From a virus, in the IMG/VR virus record IMGVR_UViG_3300033145_000192, positions 113,376 to 177,375 of that record: a DNA stretch of 64,000 bases. One strand, written 5' to 3'. The notes beneath the pieces are model-generated. The model did no database searches and was not told the origin of the DNA. It saw nothing but the letters and a program-made list of their open reading frames with translations. Shown here piece after piece: positions 11,576 to 21,399 of this stretch. The first letter of the stretch is position 1, and every line of letters starts with the position of its first letter. The translations under genes were made by a program, and so were the position numbers.

Positions 11576-12216
11576 TATGCACCCCTCCTAGGTATAATCT
11601 TGGCACCGCGAGACTTAATTGCTCTAACGGCGTCAGCACGAACCTCGTCCATTGTGTCTAGTAGCCTCATCACCTTCGGTAGAAATACCCATAGACCGCC
11701 TCGAATCATTATGCCAGCACCAGTTCTCGACGTTTTTGGAATCGGCTGATGTGCGCTGAACCTTGCACCAACAACAGTCTGACCATCAATGAACCACTCC
11801 ATCCATGGGATATTGGTGAAGATTGTATTTGATACTTCGATATTGCATTCTGGTGCATCAAACCATCTATCAGTATTTAGCTTTATCGAAACAGTTCCAT
11901 TTCCTCCTATACCAGCAACAACTTTTATCGTCATGACTGTTGTAGGATGTTTTGGAGATAGCAATTTCCATGCAGCTTGGGTCTTGTCACGCCTAATCGC
12001 GCCCCCCATTCCGATACCCAACTGTGCAGCCTCATCGTCTGTTGGAATGAATCTCTCCTTATTTCTGGTTATAGTTCGGTCAACAGAATCTTCTACATAT
12101 GGCTGTAGGTTTGCGAAGTTGTTCTTGAATTTTCTACGAACGAGTTGCCCAAAAAGACTCTTGGCCTTTTCTACTGTTCCTCGCACGATTTTGAATTCAA
12201 TAAGTCTTTCAGCCAC
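11575..12216 (-). CDS. Putative neck / tail completion protein
   Basis: GTG start overlaps the upstream TAG (TAGTG); ORF track start 12333 is probably too far upstream; positional call. Confidence 0.5.
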   Translation of the reverse strand: MAERLIEFKIVRGTVEKAKSLFGQLVRRKFKNNFANLQPYVEDSVDRTITRNKERFIPTDDEAAQLGIGMGGAIRRDKTQAAWKLLSPKHPTTVMTIKVVAGIGGNGTVSIKLNTDRWFDAPECNIEVSNTIFTNIPWMEWFIDGQTVVGARFSAHQPIPKTSRTGAGIMIRGGLWVFLPKVMRLLDTMDEVRADAVRAIKSRGAKIIPRRGA

Positions 12217-12734
12217 TACTTGTCCATCTTTCTCCATGTAGCTTGAACATAATAGACGGTTCCACCAAATGCACGCTTCTCTAGGTCTCCAATTAGCTTG
12301 TAGTTCTCTCCATCTATAGTTGCTCCAATGCACTTCTGCAAATGCACATATGACGCAATAACCGTCTTTGTAATCAAGACGCGCTGAGATATTCTTCCTG
12401 CTGGAGTATCCTGTCCACCACTATCGGCACTCTCTAGCTTCATCTCTTCATGGCGGATATTTGCAGTATATGAGGTTTGCCTTTGCTCTAGCATGAACCC
12501 CTCGCCCTTACAGGCTCCACAAATACCACCAGTGGCGCTCATGTGTTTCTTATAGGTCGAGTTGTATCTACACGAACCTACACATGCAGACTTTAGTGGC
12601 GGAAGGTGAAGCGTAATCGCTCTTCCTCCTTGCATTATGGTATCCATAGCAATGCGCCACTTTGTCTTCAAACTAGACATCAAGTTAGGCATCGAATTGC
12701 CGTGAAAGCCTTCGCCATTAGTAATTACGCCCAT
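12216..12734 (-). CDS. Putative head closure protein
   Basis: 172 aa with CxxC pairs, located in the neck gene block. Confidence 0.5.
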   Translation of the reverse strand: MGVITNGEGFHGNSMPNLMSSLKTKWRIAMDTIMQGGRAITLHLPPLKSACVGSCRYNSTYKKHMSATGGICGACKGEGFMLEQRQTSYTANIRHEEMKLESADSGGQDTPAGRISQRVLITKTVIASYVHLQKCIGATIDGENYKLIGDLEKRAFGGTVYYVQATWRKMDK

Positions 12735-12742
12735 GACAACTC

Positions 12743-13123
12743 CTAGTAGATAAGTCTGCCTATAGTGCCACTCATGTTATACAGGTTTATCGCCTCCTTG
12801 AGTTCGGCACACGGACTATTCATGCTATCAAAGAATGAGCCACGCGCTACGGATTGGCCACGGGTGTCGAGCTTCTGCTCACCGTCCACTGCAAGAAGCC
12901 CAGCAGTGCCGTCTGTTAATTCCTGCTGGAATTCTCTAGAGGCTATCATGCACTCTGCCTGGAGAAGAACGATGTCTTCCAGGTCGTCATTGTCAGGCGA
13001 CATGACGCCGCTTGCATTTACGGTTGTCTGATTTGTTGTGCCGGTCAAGTGTAGCCGACGATTTACTCGTCTTGATGCCTTCTGCAAGATGGCAACTAGC
13101 ACGGCATTTGTGAAACGGGCCAT
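12743..13123 (-). CDS. Putative head-tail adaptor
   Basis: 126-aa helical ORF, strong RBS GGAGGAGG, first gene of the neck block. Confidence 0.5.
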   Translation of the reverse strand: MARFTNAVLVAILQKASRRVNRRLHLTGTTNQTTVNASGVMSPDNDDLEDIVLLQAECMIASREFQQELTDGTAGLLAVDGEQKLDTRGQSVARGSFFDSMNSPCAELKEAINLYNMSGTIGRLIY

Positions 13124-13157
13124 ATCTTCCTCCTCCTGCGATAGAGTCTTAGAATAT

Positions 13158-13165
13158 CATACACT
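13158..13165 (-). promoter_or_regulatory. Putative late promoter variant AGTGTATG
   Basis: Variant of the GGTGTATA motif, about 35 nt before the 13123 start. Confidence 0.5.
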
Positions 13166-13198
13166 TATCTGGGGTGTAAGACATGAGCCACATTCTAT

Positions 13199-14938
13199 TT
13201 AGAAGTTTGTGCCGTAATATGGGGCGTTTTCGGTCACCGCATCATCTGCCCTTGAGTAGTAAATCCAAATTCTAGCATCCCTGAATGGTTCACCACCAGC
13301 CTTTGCCCTGAACTGATACCCACGGTCATCAATAACTTCATTCTCATTGATGAGTCCAACCTGCCAAAATTGTAGTCCACTACCAATGTGATTTGTTAGG
13401 TCCGTAATAGCGATGTCATTTAGATATTCGGGAGCCCAGTTAAGAGTCTGAGCGTGGTTTGAATATCTTTTGAATTCCAATCCACTGCCTATTTCTGTGA
13501 ACGAAGTCCATGGGTCAGAACCAGAAACTTCGCACCAAATACCACCCAATCTGGTCCAATCCAGTGCATTGTAAACACTTACGTTATATGTCTCAAATAG
13601 AATCTTGGTGATATTAGCATTGTCTGGCAGTTCAGTGATATCAAAAATGCAAGCAGAACGATACAGAACAGTGGCATCCCTGCCGACAAACTCGGAGGCA
13701 TCAGCATCCCACCTGTTACCAATGTCGTAACTCGTAGTATGCACTCCAGTTATGACTGTTAGGTGGTCAAGTCCCTCGTCCCATGGACCGTCAACGAAGT
13801 CGTCAGTAGTATTTACTTCGAACGTATGGTCATAGCTCTTGTGAGCAGCAGTATTTTGTAGAACCAAGCACACACCAAAGCGGTCTGTTTCATCATCATT
13901 AACTACGCTGAATATCGCATTGTCTACTGTCGTAGCCAACTTCAGTCCTGTGCCTAGAAATGCGGCTTCTTCCTGTGAGTGCGCAGGGTGCGTGTCTGAA
14001 TCATCATTGCTTTGTGGAAGACGACAGAATTGTCCAGCATAATACTCAAGTGGCAATAGTCCATATTCAATAGCCGCACCAGCCACAAGACAGTCAATCT
14101 GACAACGATATTCTCCTTGTGGCCATTCTACGCCTGGAAGACCAGACATACTTACTGCATCATATGCAACTCCACCAACTGCTGCGGGAACCGTAAGAGC
14201 CTTGGTTCTTTCTGTAATACTGTCGGCATGTTTTGTGATGTATTCTGTATAGATGCCAGTATGCGCTGAAACACCAGCAGCATATGTTCCACCACGAATA
14301 TACATGGTCATTGTTCCGCTAGGAACGCTATACCTTCCTTGTGAGCGTTGGCCCAGCAATTTTCCAGTTACATCAAGCTCTGATTCTGGAAGATGCTCAG
14401 TCCACTGTCTCCAGCTTATCTCCTCTGTTGCTCCATCGTGTGTAGAAAGCAACTCATTGTCATCAACTTGCTTACCGTGACGAATCAATTCAGGAGCAGG
14501 AAGCTTGAAATCAGTCCACTTTTTGAATATAGTTTTTTCTGGAATGCCACTTTTTGTAAGTCTAGCAACAGCCTTTTCTTCAGCATAGACTACACGCGAC
14601 TGATTGGTATTGATTGCTCCACCAAGCCTTGCATCTGGAGCTAGGGGGCGAAATGTGATTTCTGTAGCATATCGCTCGCCAATTGGGTTTGTTCTGGGGT
14701 CGTCATCCCAAATTGTGGCCCTACACCCTCCGTCCATTGTATGCTCCACATAGTAATGGTCGGCACCCATTATGACACCTTGGATATTTAGCGAATATAC
14801 CCATCCGGCATCGTTATCTATAGAAAGACTTACAGGTGGAGTAGGGTCCACCTTGAATGGCGTGTTAGCCCACTCTGAACTATCTATTTGTTCCCACCCA
14901 GACGGGGTTGCCCTCGTCCACTGAACCAATACCTTCAT
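13199..14938 (-). CDS. Putative virion structural protein
   Basis: 579-aa beta-rich ORF within the structural operon. Confidence 0.55.
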   Translation of the reverse strand: MKVLVQWTRATPSGWEQIDSSEWANTPFKVDPTPPVSLSIDNDAGWVYSLNIQGVIMGADHYYVEHTMDGGCRATIWDDDPRTNPIGERYATEITFRPLAPDARLGGAINTNQSRVVYAEEKAVARLTKSGIPEKTIFKKWTDFKLPAPELIRHGKQVDDNELLSTHDGATEEISWRQWTEHLPESELDVTGKLLGQRSQGRYSVPSGTMTMYIRGGTYAAGVSAHTGIYTEYITKHADSITERTKALTVPAAVGGVAYDAVSMSGLPGVEWPQGEYRCQIDCLVAGAAIEYGLLPLEYYAGQFCRLPQSNDDSDTHPAHSQEEAAFLGTGLKLATTVDNAIFSVVNDDETDRFGVCLVLQNTAAHKSYDHTFEVNTTDDFVDGPWDEGLDHLTVITGVHTTSYDIGNRWDADASEFVGRDATVLYRSACIFDITELPDNANITKILFETYNVSVYNALDWTRLGGIWCEVSGSDPWTSFTEIGSGLEFKRYSNHAQTLNWAPEYLNDIAITDLTNHIGSGLQFWQVGLINENEVIDDRGYQFRAKAGGEPFRDARIWIYYSRADDAVTENAPYYGTNF

Positions 14939-14948
14939 TTGTTCTCCA

Positions 14949-15578
14949 TTATGTCGTCTGGAAGTCTAGACTCTGCACGGCATAATAGTCTGTTCCATCA
15001 TAGTAGAATGAGATGATATCAATAGCGCCACTGCCCGTAGTAATTGTTGGTGCAGTTCCTCCTGGGAAAAGCACTGCGGCTGGGGATGAGGCATCCCACG
15101 TTGGAGCGGTAAAAGCTCCCATTTGAACTACCTTGAGCAAAAAGTTGCCTGGGCCTGGAGGGGCCGTAAATGCAAATAGACAGTCCTGGTCCAATAGCAC
15201 CCTTTGCTTCTGGCCATTGTTCCAGTCGATAGCGCACGTTGAATGCGCTAGTCCGTGGTCATATTCAGCATCAAATGTAGCGGTGTGCAGGTCGCTCATG
15301 TTGTCGTTGTCGTCCAACAAGACGCTGCTTCCTTGAAGGTTGCGGCCCGACGTTGTGTTGAATCTAGGAATTGCGTTATCTAATGAATCTATCTGTTCAT
15401 TTCCTACGTTACCTGTTGCTGATGCTGTCGCTTCGTTCTTCCACCTTGGGACAAGGTCCACGTTCATATACAGAATTTGGTTCTCGTTGCCTGGAGGCAC
15501 AGACTGGGCCGTCCCACCATCATCGTAGTAATAGATAACTCCACTTGTTCCTGCCGCAGCTTCTCCACTATGAGTCAT
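14949..15578 (-). CDS. Fibre-like virion protein
   Basis: Gly/Thr-rich; C-terminal PTITTGSGAIDIISFYYDGTDYY motif; ATGA overlap with the upstream stop. Confidence 0.6.
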   Translation of the reverse strand: MTHSGEAAAGTSGVIYYYDDGGTAQSVPPGNENQILYMNVDLVPRWKNEATASATGNVGNEQIDSLDNAIPRFNTTSGRNLQGSSVLLDDNDNMSDLHTATFDAEYDHGLAHSTCAIDWNNGQKQRVLLDQDCLFAFTAPPGPGNFLLKVVQMGAFTAPTWDASSPAAVLFPGGTAPTITTGSGAIDIISFYYDGTDYYAVQSLDFQTT

Positions 15579-16261
15579 ACGATGTTCCACTCCGTCCCAT
15601 TATACAGCATGGAATATGCCTGGTAGTTGTTTATCATTACGACGCTACTAAGGCCATCAATGGTCTTCCCTGGAGCCAGAATGGTAATGTTGTTCGCCTT
15701 TGCATCGCCCTTTCCATCTTTAACCAAAACTTCTTGGCCCACCTTTGGTGTCACTGGAAGATTAACGGTTGTGATGCCAGCAATAGATTTGTTGATAATG
15801 ACTTTTCTACTACTAGAAGTGAGGTCTACTGATGCGCCAGCAGTAACAATTAGCGGGGTGAATATACAATGCTCTACCCAGTCGGGGTCGAGTCCATCAT
15901 TGCCTAGGACTTTGCCAGATTCGCCAATCGGCTTACGCGCCCACTTTGAGGCAGCAGTTACAGCTAGCAAGTCTCCACGAGTAACGGAATCAATGACAGA
16001 GTCGGAGTGCGACAAACTTAGGATGTCGTGACCACTAACCGCAACTGGCTGTGGAGACCACCTTGTTCCATCCCAGGTAAGGGCATACCCAGTAATTGGA
16101 GATTCAGATGATACTGGATTTTGCTGAATAGCAAGCACGACAAGGTTGTCGAGCACGCCCGATACGTCGCCCCTTGCTTCTTCCCATCCAACCCTGCCGA
16201 CACCGCCGCCTATGTTAAGCGTTAATACGGTGCCGCTGGGTGCTGTGCCATACCATGTCAT
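15575..16261 (-). CDS. Fibre-like virion protein (paralog)
   Basis: C-terminal LP.TP..G..V.VKD.KG.A..NNITI...TIDG...NY.A...YNGT.W domain shared with neighbours. Confidence 0.65.
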   Translation of the reverse strand: MTWYGTAPSGTVLTLNIGGGVGRVGWEEARGDVSGVLDNLVVLAIQQNPVSSESPITGYALTWDGTRWSPQPVAVSGHDILSLSHSDSVIDSVTRGDLLAVTAASKWARKPIGESGKVLGNDGLDPDWVEHCIFTPLIVTAGASVDLTSSSRKVIINKSIAGITTVNLPVTPKVGQEVLVKDGKGDAKANNITILAPGKTIDGLSSVVMINNYQAYSMLYNGTEWNIV

Positions 16262-16346
16262 AGCCCGCCCTATCTAGGCAATATGCCCATTCCGCAATAA
16301 AAGCCATTGCATTTACCAAACGAGAACCAGGTAGATTATCTGTAGG

Positions 16347-17198
16347 TTAGATAATGCTCCACTGAGTTCCGTTATACATCAGGGTCAGGGCTGAGAAGTT
16401 GTTTCTCATAATGACAGTCGCATTTCCGTCAATGTCGTTTCCATTTCCATCGACAGTAATTGCGTTTGACTTGGCATTTCCGTTGGCATCCTTCACAATG
16501 TGCAACTCTCCACTTACTGGAGCAGCAGGCATCGTAATTGTGATTGCTTCGGAGTTCTTTACAGAAACAATGTAGTCGGCTACTGTGACAGTATATGCGC
16601 CAACCGTGTCTGTGTCCCTGATAATCTGTCCACCATTCAGAACTAGGTTATCATTCGCACCGTCTAGTGTCAACATCTCGTTGCCACCAGCGGTTCCAAT
16701 TAGCGTGTTGGCTGTCTCAGCAGACCAGCCTGTGTCTACATCACCAACAAATGTCATTGAAGGTGCGGCAGAGGTTCCTAGAGCGAATGGAGTTACTGCG
16801 CCTAGCTGAGTCCACTCTACATCAGAGCCGCCAGCATAAAGGACGTATCCCTCTGTGCCCTTCTCATACTCTTCCCACTTAGGAGTAGAGTTCGCTCGAA
16901 TGATGGCACCCTGAGTCGGGCTATCAACATCAGTATCCGAGTGTGTTGCGCTCAATAGGTTGTGAGCGCCACCAGCGCCACCTGAGTCAGTAACCGGCGT
17001 CCACTGTCCACCAGTGAATACCAGAATTTCAGTTTCGCGTGGTGGAGTTGGGCTAACTGGAGACTCTTGAATACCAGAAACTACTGTTACTCCAACAGTT
17101 CCGGTAACATCACCGATTAGCTCGCTATACAATACTAGGTTCTCGTCCCCCATCGCGTGAAGGAGTTCACCACTACTGGCTACGCCAATCCAAGTCAT
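16347..17198 (-). CDS. Fibre-like virion protein (paralog)
   Basis: Same C-terminal domain; N-terminus MTW.G.A.SG shared with 15575-16261. Confidence 0.65.
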   Translation of the reverse strand: MTWIGVASSGELLHAMGDENLVLYSELIGDVTGTVGVTVVSGIQESPVSPTPPRETEILVFTGGQWTPVTDSGGAGGAHNLLSATHSDTDVDSPTQGAIIRANSTPKWEEYEKGTEGYVLYAGGSDVEWTQLGAVTPFALGTSAAPSMTFVGDVDTGWSAETANTLIGTAGGNEMLTLDGANDNLVLNGGQIIRDTDTVGAYTVTVADYIVSVKNSEAITITMPAAPVSGELHIVKDANGNAKSNAITVDGNGNDIDGNATVIMRNNFSALTLMYNGTQWSII

Positions 17199-17213
17199 AA
17201 TATGCCCCCTAGG

Positions 17214-17789
17214 TTATATCACGTTCCATTCAGTTCCATTATAGACAAACGTGAATGCTTGATAATTCTGTGTTATCACAAAAGAGTTAAGGCCATCAAT
17301 TGTTCCAGCGGACGCTCGAATAGTGATGTTGTTCGTAAACGCATCGCCCTTAGAGTCTTTCACTACTACCATTCTACCAGCGCCGGGTGATGATGGCAAT
17401 ATCACAATCGTTGCCGCGCCAATAGTTTTGTTCACCATGATTATATCGTCGGCAGGAGTTCCAGCAATATTACCGCCAGCAGTTACAATTCTTATGTTTC
17501 GCTTCAGATATCCGTTTAGCTTGATTCCACCAGGAGTTATGATGTTTCCATTATCGTCCAGCGTAGCTAGACTATTCTGAATTTGCTCCCCTGTGATTCC
17601 ATCCCATCGGACAATCGCGTTATCAGTAGATACACTAGGAGTAGTTACTCCGCCAGAAGCAACCACTGCTCCGTCGTCAGAAATATCAGTTCTTAGGTCA
17701 TCTACTAGACCAGCATCATCGGTGATTGTGCCAGATATGGCTACAAGCTCATCTCCAACGTCTGTTCTAAGGTCAGCCAGTAGATTCAT
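17214..17789 (-). CDS. Fibre-like virion protein (paralog)
   Basis: Same C-terminal domain; STDNAIVRWDG motif similar to the DNAIPRFN of 14949-15578. Confidence 0.65.
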   Translation of the reverse strand: MNLLADLRTDVGDELVAISGTITDDAGLVDDLRTDISDDGAVVASGGVTTPSVSTDNAIVRWDGITGEQIQNSLATLDDNGNIITPGGIKLNGYLKRNIRIVTAGGNIAGTPADDIIMVNKTIGAATIVILPSSPGAGRMVVVKDSKGDAFTNNITIRASAGTIDGLNSFVITQNYQAFTFVYNGTEWNVI

Positions 17790-17810
17790 GCATCTTACTC
17801 CTTACCTTAA

Positions 17811-17818
17811 TATACACC
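17811..17818 (-). promoter_or_regulatory. Putative late promoter GGTGTATA
   Basis: Exact motif about 22 nt upstream of the 17789 start. Confidence 0.65.
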
Positions 17819-17833
17819 CGCATAGAGTTGTTG

Positions 17834-18190
17834 TTAGTTCGTCAATCTGGCTATCACGCTCCTGCGCAACGCCATTTTTTCCGATGTTGATGGCTTGTTC
17901 CTTCCTACGTGGTAGTCTATACCAAATGCACATGCGATTTCAACAAGGATGTCGAAGTCTACTAGGTGCATCATAGATATTCTAAACGATACTGCTGGAA
18001 TGTCAACGCTAAACATTTCCTTGACGATTTCCGGAGTGTATGTTGCGTCTTCTAATACATCTCTGTTTTCCCTATACAAAGAAATAGGGATATCAGTAGG
18101 CCCGTAGCGGCCATAATCGAAATATCTACCATAGACTCTATATTTACCTACGGTTGTATACCCCATAGGCTCTTTTAGGTAAACTAGCAT
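17834..18190 (-). CDS. Hypothetical protein after the capsid gene
   Basis: ORF; start moved to ATG 18190, downstream of the terminator. Confidence 0.55.
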   Translation of the reverse strand: MLVYLKEPMGYTTVGKYRVYGRYFDYGRYGPTDIPISLYRENRDVLEDATYTPEIVKEMFSVDIPAVSFRISMMHLVDFDILVEIACAFGIDYHVGRNKPSTSEKMALRRSVIARLTN

Positions 18191-18204
18191 TTTAATCCAA
18201 ATAG

Positions 18205-18238
18205 AAAAGGCAGACACAGAGTCGAGTCTGTATCTGCC
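18205..18238 (-). terminator. Intrinsic terminator after the major capsid gene
   Basis: GGCAGATACAGA...TCTGTGTCTGCC-TTTT. Confidence 0.7.
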
Positions 18239-18265
18239 CCCTCATATTTTCGGCTGACCTTCGAT

Positions 18266-19270
18266 TTAGAAGGAGCCTAGGATTACTCTACGGTTATCGA
18301 GAACGGCGAAGCCATGCTCCATCCATCCGTAGATACCTGCCCTTTGCTGACGGTGTAGGTGCTCGTCCTCAAAGGTCTGTAGCTCCTGGCGAATTGGCTG
18401 GACAAAGCTGTCGTTGGTGCTTAGGTCGAGACCTACAACGAACTCTTGGTCACCAGCACTGATTGCTGTTACGGAGCGGGCTAGCGTGGTGTCTAGGTAA
18501 GTCTGATACTCTTGACCGACACCAAACTCGGTCATGAAGTGTAGCTTGGTTCCATATAGGATTCCAACGCTTCTTCCAGAGCTAGTTAGAATCTCACGGC
18601 GAGTTACCTCGTCGATTTCGGAGATGTCCCATGCTCTTAGGTCCTCCATAGCCTCCATAGAGACGAAGAGGTCAGTAAGCATACCAGCCTGGCCGTTTCC
18701 ACCAGCGTTACGCGTCATGGCAGTCTGCATACGGGAGACAAGCTCCTTAGTAAACTGACCAGCGGCAGCGCCAGTATCAGCGACAACAAGACCACGAGCG
18801 TCGGCGGCTGCTAGAAGCGTGTGCCATCCATCCTCGTTAATCTTGCGGACAAAACCCATCTGGTAGACGCGGATTGCGCGACTTACGACATCGAAGCGGG
18901 CATCGCGGGCGTAGCGTAGGCTCCAGTCAATTGCGTTAGCAATCTGGAAAGTAGGAACCCATAGCTCATCGCCTTCGACGTGACGCTCTGGAACCTTGCC
19001 CTGCTTAGGCAAAGTGATGGCGGTGAAGTCGAGGTCTTCTGTGCCTGGACGGACGAAATCAAGCGGATAGTTTGCCTGGGCACCTGGGGCTAGAACTTCA
19101 CGACGGAAGATTCCACCTAGGTTGTCCTCGTCAAAGATACCCTGACGAAGAGGCTCACTTAGAGCAGCGGCAAAAGCCTTTTGTGCTGCCATAGCCACTT
19201 GGACGTTATCAGAAGCGGTTGCTCTTAGTAGGGCAATCTGTTCTGGTGTTAGCTTAATCAATGCACTCAT
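18266..19270 (-). CDS. Major capsid protein (HK97-like fold)
   Basis: 334 aa; follows protease and decoration genes; precedes a terminator; AIDWSLRYARDARFDVVSRA / GIYGWMEHGFAVLDNRRV patterns. Confidence 0.8.
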   Translation of the reverse strand: MSALIKLTPEQIALLRATASDNVQVAMAAQKAFAAALSEPLRQGIFDEDNLGGIFRREVLAPGAQANYPLDFVRPGTEDLDFTAITLPKQGKVPERHVEGDELWVPTFQIANAIDWSLRYARDARFDVVSRAIRVYQMGFVRKINEDGWHTLLAAADARGLVVADTGAAAGQFTKELVSRMQTAMTRNAGGNGQAGMLTDLFVSMEAMEDLRAWDISEIDEVTRREILTSSGRSVGILYGTKLHFMTEFGVGQEYQTYLDTTLARSVTAISAGDQEFVVGLDLSTNDSFVQPIRQELQTFEDEHLHRQQRAGIYGWMEHGFAVLDNRRVILGSF

Positions 19271-19293
19271 ATTGTTTTCCTCCTAAGCCCTTC

Positions 19294-19749
19294 TTATAGG
19301 TCGATGTGGACTAGCGCGTAGCCGTTAGCGTTAGCAACCGTCCTGAAGTAACCGACTAGAGGAGAGTTCTTACCGGATGCACCATCAAGCGCCAACGTGG
19401 TGGAAATGTATCCACTTGCGCCGAGATAAGCTGGATTACCAGCTACAGGTGTTCCGATTAGAAGATTCGTCTCATAATCGCCCTTTGCTCCAACGCCGAC
19501 TACGCTGCCGACATCAGACACGTTACGGTTCAGGAACTCACCGTGACGGTCATAGTTCATATTCTCAACGTCGTCGAGAAGAATACCAACTGGATATACA
19601 TTCAAACCTGTTGCGGTTGCAAGACCTGTTACTTCACCAGCAGCGGTCGTTCCTGCGTCGATGCAAACAATCTTGCCTCTTTCCGCAACCTCATTCAATG
19701 CAAAGTGGACTTCTGTCCAAATTTGCTGTCTTCTTGGTGCTAGAGCCAT
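19294..19749 (-). CDS. Head decoration protein
   Basis: 151-aa Gly-rich beta protein between protease and capsid genes. Confidence 0.65.
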   Translation of the reverse strand: MALAPRRQQIWTEVHFALNEVAERGKIVCIDAGTTAAGEVTGLATATGLNVYPVGILLDDVENMNYDRHGEFLNRNVSDVGSVVGVGAKGDYETNLLIGTPVAGNPAYLGASGYISTTLALDGASGKNSPLVGYFRTVANANGYALVHIDL

Positions 19750-19761
19750 GTTAAATCCTCC

Positions 19762-21360
19762 TTAGTTGTCTTCACTGCTTGGCTTGTGAGCCTTAAGCAT
19801 TGTGGTTACTAGACCAGCATAAGCGTTTTCAAAGTCCATAGGTGTTGGAGCTTCTCCAGCGGATGGAGCGGCTTCAGCAACTACATTCTCAAGAATAGAC
19901 GCATCGGTTTCACCCTCTCCGTCATCATCTTCACTTTCGTCCTCATCAGCGGCACTTGCCTCTGCTGGAACTTCCGGCTTTGCTGGAACTGTTGCAAGCG
20001 CAACCGTCTCCTTGTAATCCTCAAGGAATGCTGCAAAAGCCTCGTCATCCATATGCTCGGCGGAAGAAAGAATCTTCTGTGCCTTCGCATCAATCATGTC
20101 TGTGTTCTCGTCAGTGCGTAGACCAGAAAGAACCTTGTCAATCTCTGACAATCTGTCTCTCGTCTTCGCCTCTGCGGCCTGTGCTGCTAGCTTTTCGTTA
20201 GCTTCGGCTAGCTGCTTCTTAAGCTCGTCGGTTTCTAGGTTGCTGGCTGAGATAGCCTCAACAAGAACTCCGAAGAACTCCTCGGCCTTTGCACTTGCTA
20301 GCTTCTCACCGACTCCGGGAAGAACCTTATCAAGCGCCTGTGCGCCCTTAACAAATGCACTGGTAATGTTCTCGACTTGCTTCTCAAGCTCTACCTTCTC
20401 AGCCACAGCGGCGTCCTTCTCACTGGCAGTAGTCTTAACTTCTGCTCGGAGAGTAACAGCTTCTTCTGTAGCGGCAGTATACTTGTCGAGAGGGACTCCA
20501 GCGCCGGTCTCTGCGTTGTTAGTATCACTCATTGTGTCTGAATCCTTCCTTGACTCTTTAACAGTCTGACTATTACTCCCCAAGTCACCAATAACATTGT
20601 TGGCAATTGCTTTTACGCTTGCCTCATTGGCTCCCATAGGTGTGTGAGTTACCGATTGAATAACAGATGGTTCGTTTGCTGGTCTTTCTACTATTCCTTT
20701 ACCGCCAAAAACTATGTTTCTCAGTATTCTCTTTACGGTAGAACTTCCAAATGAACCGTTTCCGCCATTAGCCTTAAGGCTGTCGTCCAAGAAGGCCGTA
20801 TCTTCGTTTCTAGCAATGACCTTGCTACCTACTAGGTAATCATAGTCACTAAACCATGCTTCCATCGAAACGAAAAGTCTACCTTCTTCTGCGCCTTTTT
20901 CAATTCTAGCAGCAACCGTAGGAAACAAAGCCTTCCAAATCACGGATTCATCCACGACATGGAATTGAGTTGGAACCTCGAAATCTACTGCTGACGCCTT
21001 ATCTTCAGAAATCACAACACCGTCGTTATCAGTAACGTATGCATTATACATTACACCAATTGTCTGGTTATCAACGACGACTTTTCCTGGATTTTCTTTT
21101 TGTTCGGACTCTGTTAATTCTCTACCCGTATTATGCTCCCAATCAACAGGCTTAAGTGCTGGCGTGGCGCGGGCTTTCCATGTCTCTTCTGGTAAGAATA
21201 CATCATCGTTCAGGTTTGAACCAGTGCTAACTAAAACAGACTTCATATAGAGAAGGTCTGGCTGTGCAACTACCGCCATCCCACCAACAGTTTTATGCTG
21301 TGTTTGTGGTGATGCGATTACTTGACACGGCACTAGCAATCTGGTTTTGAACTGTTCCAT
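19762..21360 (-). CDS. Prohead protease / scaffold fusion
   Basis: N-terminal domain with VDWEH and FVSMEAW motifs, then a long acidic coiled coil; start ATG 21360 with GGAG RBS. Confidence 0.75.
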   Translation of the reverse strand: MEQFKTRLLVPCQVIASPQTQHKTVGGMAVVAQPDLLYMKSVLVSTGSNLNDDVFLPEETWKARATPALKPVDWEHNTGRELTESEQKENPGKVVVDNQTIGVMYNAYVTDNDGVVISEDKASAVDFEVPTQFHVVDESVIWKALFPTVAARIEKGAEEGRLFVSMEAWFSDYDYLVGSKVIARNEDTAFLDDSLKANGGNGSFGSSTVKRILRNIVFGGKGIVERPANEPSVIQSVTHTPMGANEASVKAIANNVIGDLGSNSQTVKESRKDSDTMSDTNNAETGAGVPLDKYTAATEEAVTLRAEVKTTASEKDAAVAEKVELEKQVENITSAFVKGAQALDKVLPGVGEKLASAKAEEFFGVLVEAISASNLETDELKKQLAEANEKLAAQAAEAKTRDRLSEIDKVLSGLRTDENTDMIDAKAQKILSSAEHMDDEAFAAFLEDYKETVALATVPAKPEVPAEASAADEDESEDDDGEGETDASILENVVAEAAPSAGEAPTPMDFENAYAGLVTTMLKAHKPSSEDN

Positions 21361-21386
21361 TTTGTATTCTCCGGACCTTACTGATT

Positions 21387-21394
21387 TATACACC
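21387..21394 (-). promoter_or_regulatory. Putative late promoter GGTGTATA
   Basis: Exact motif about 27 nt upstream of the protease start. Confidence 0.65.
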
Positions 21395-21399
21395 AAGTC

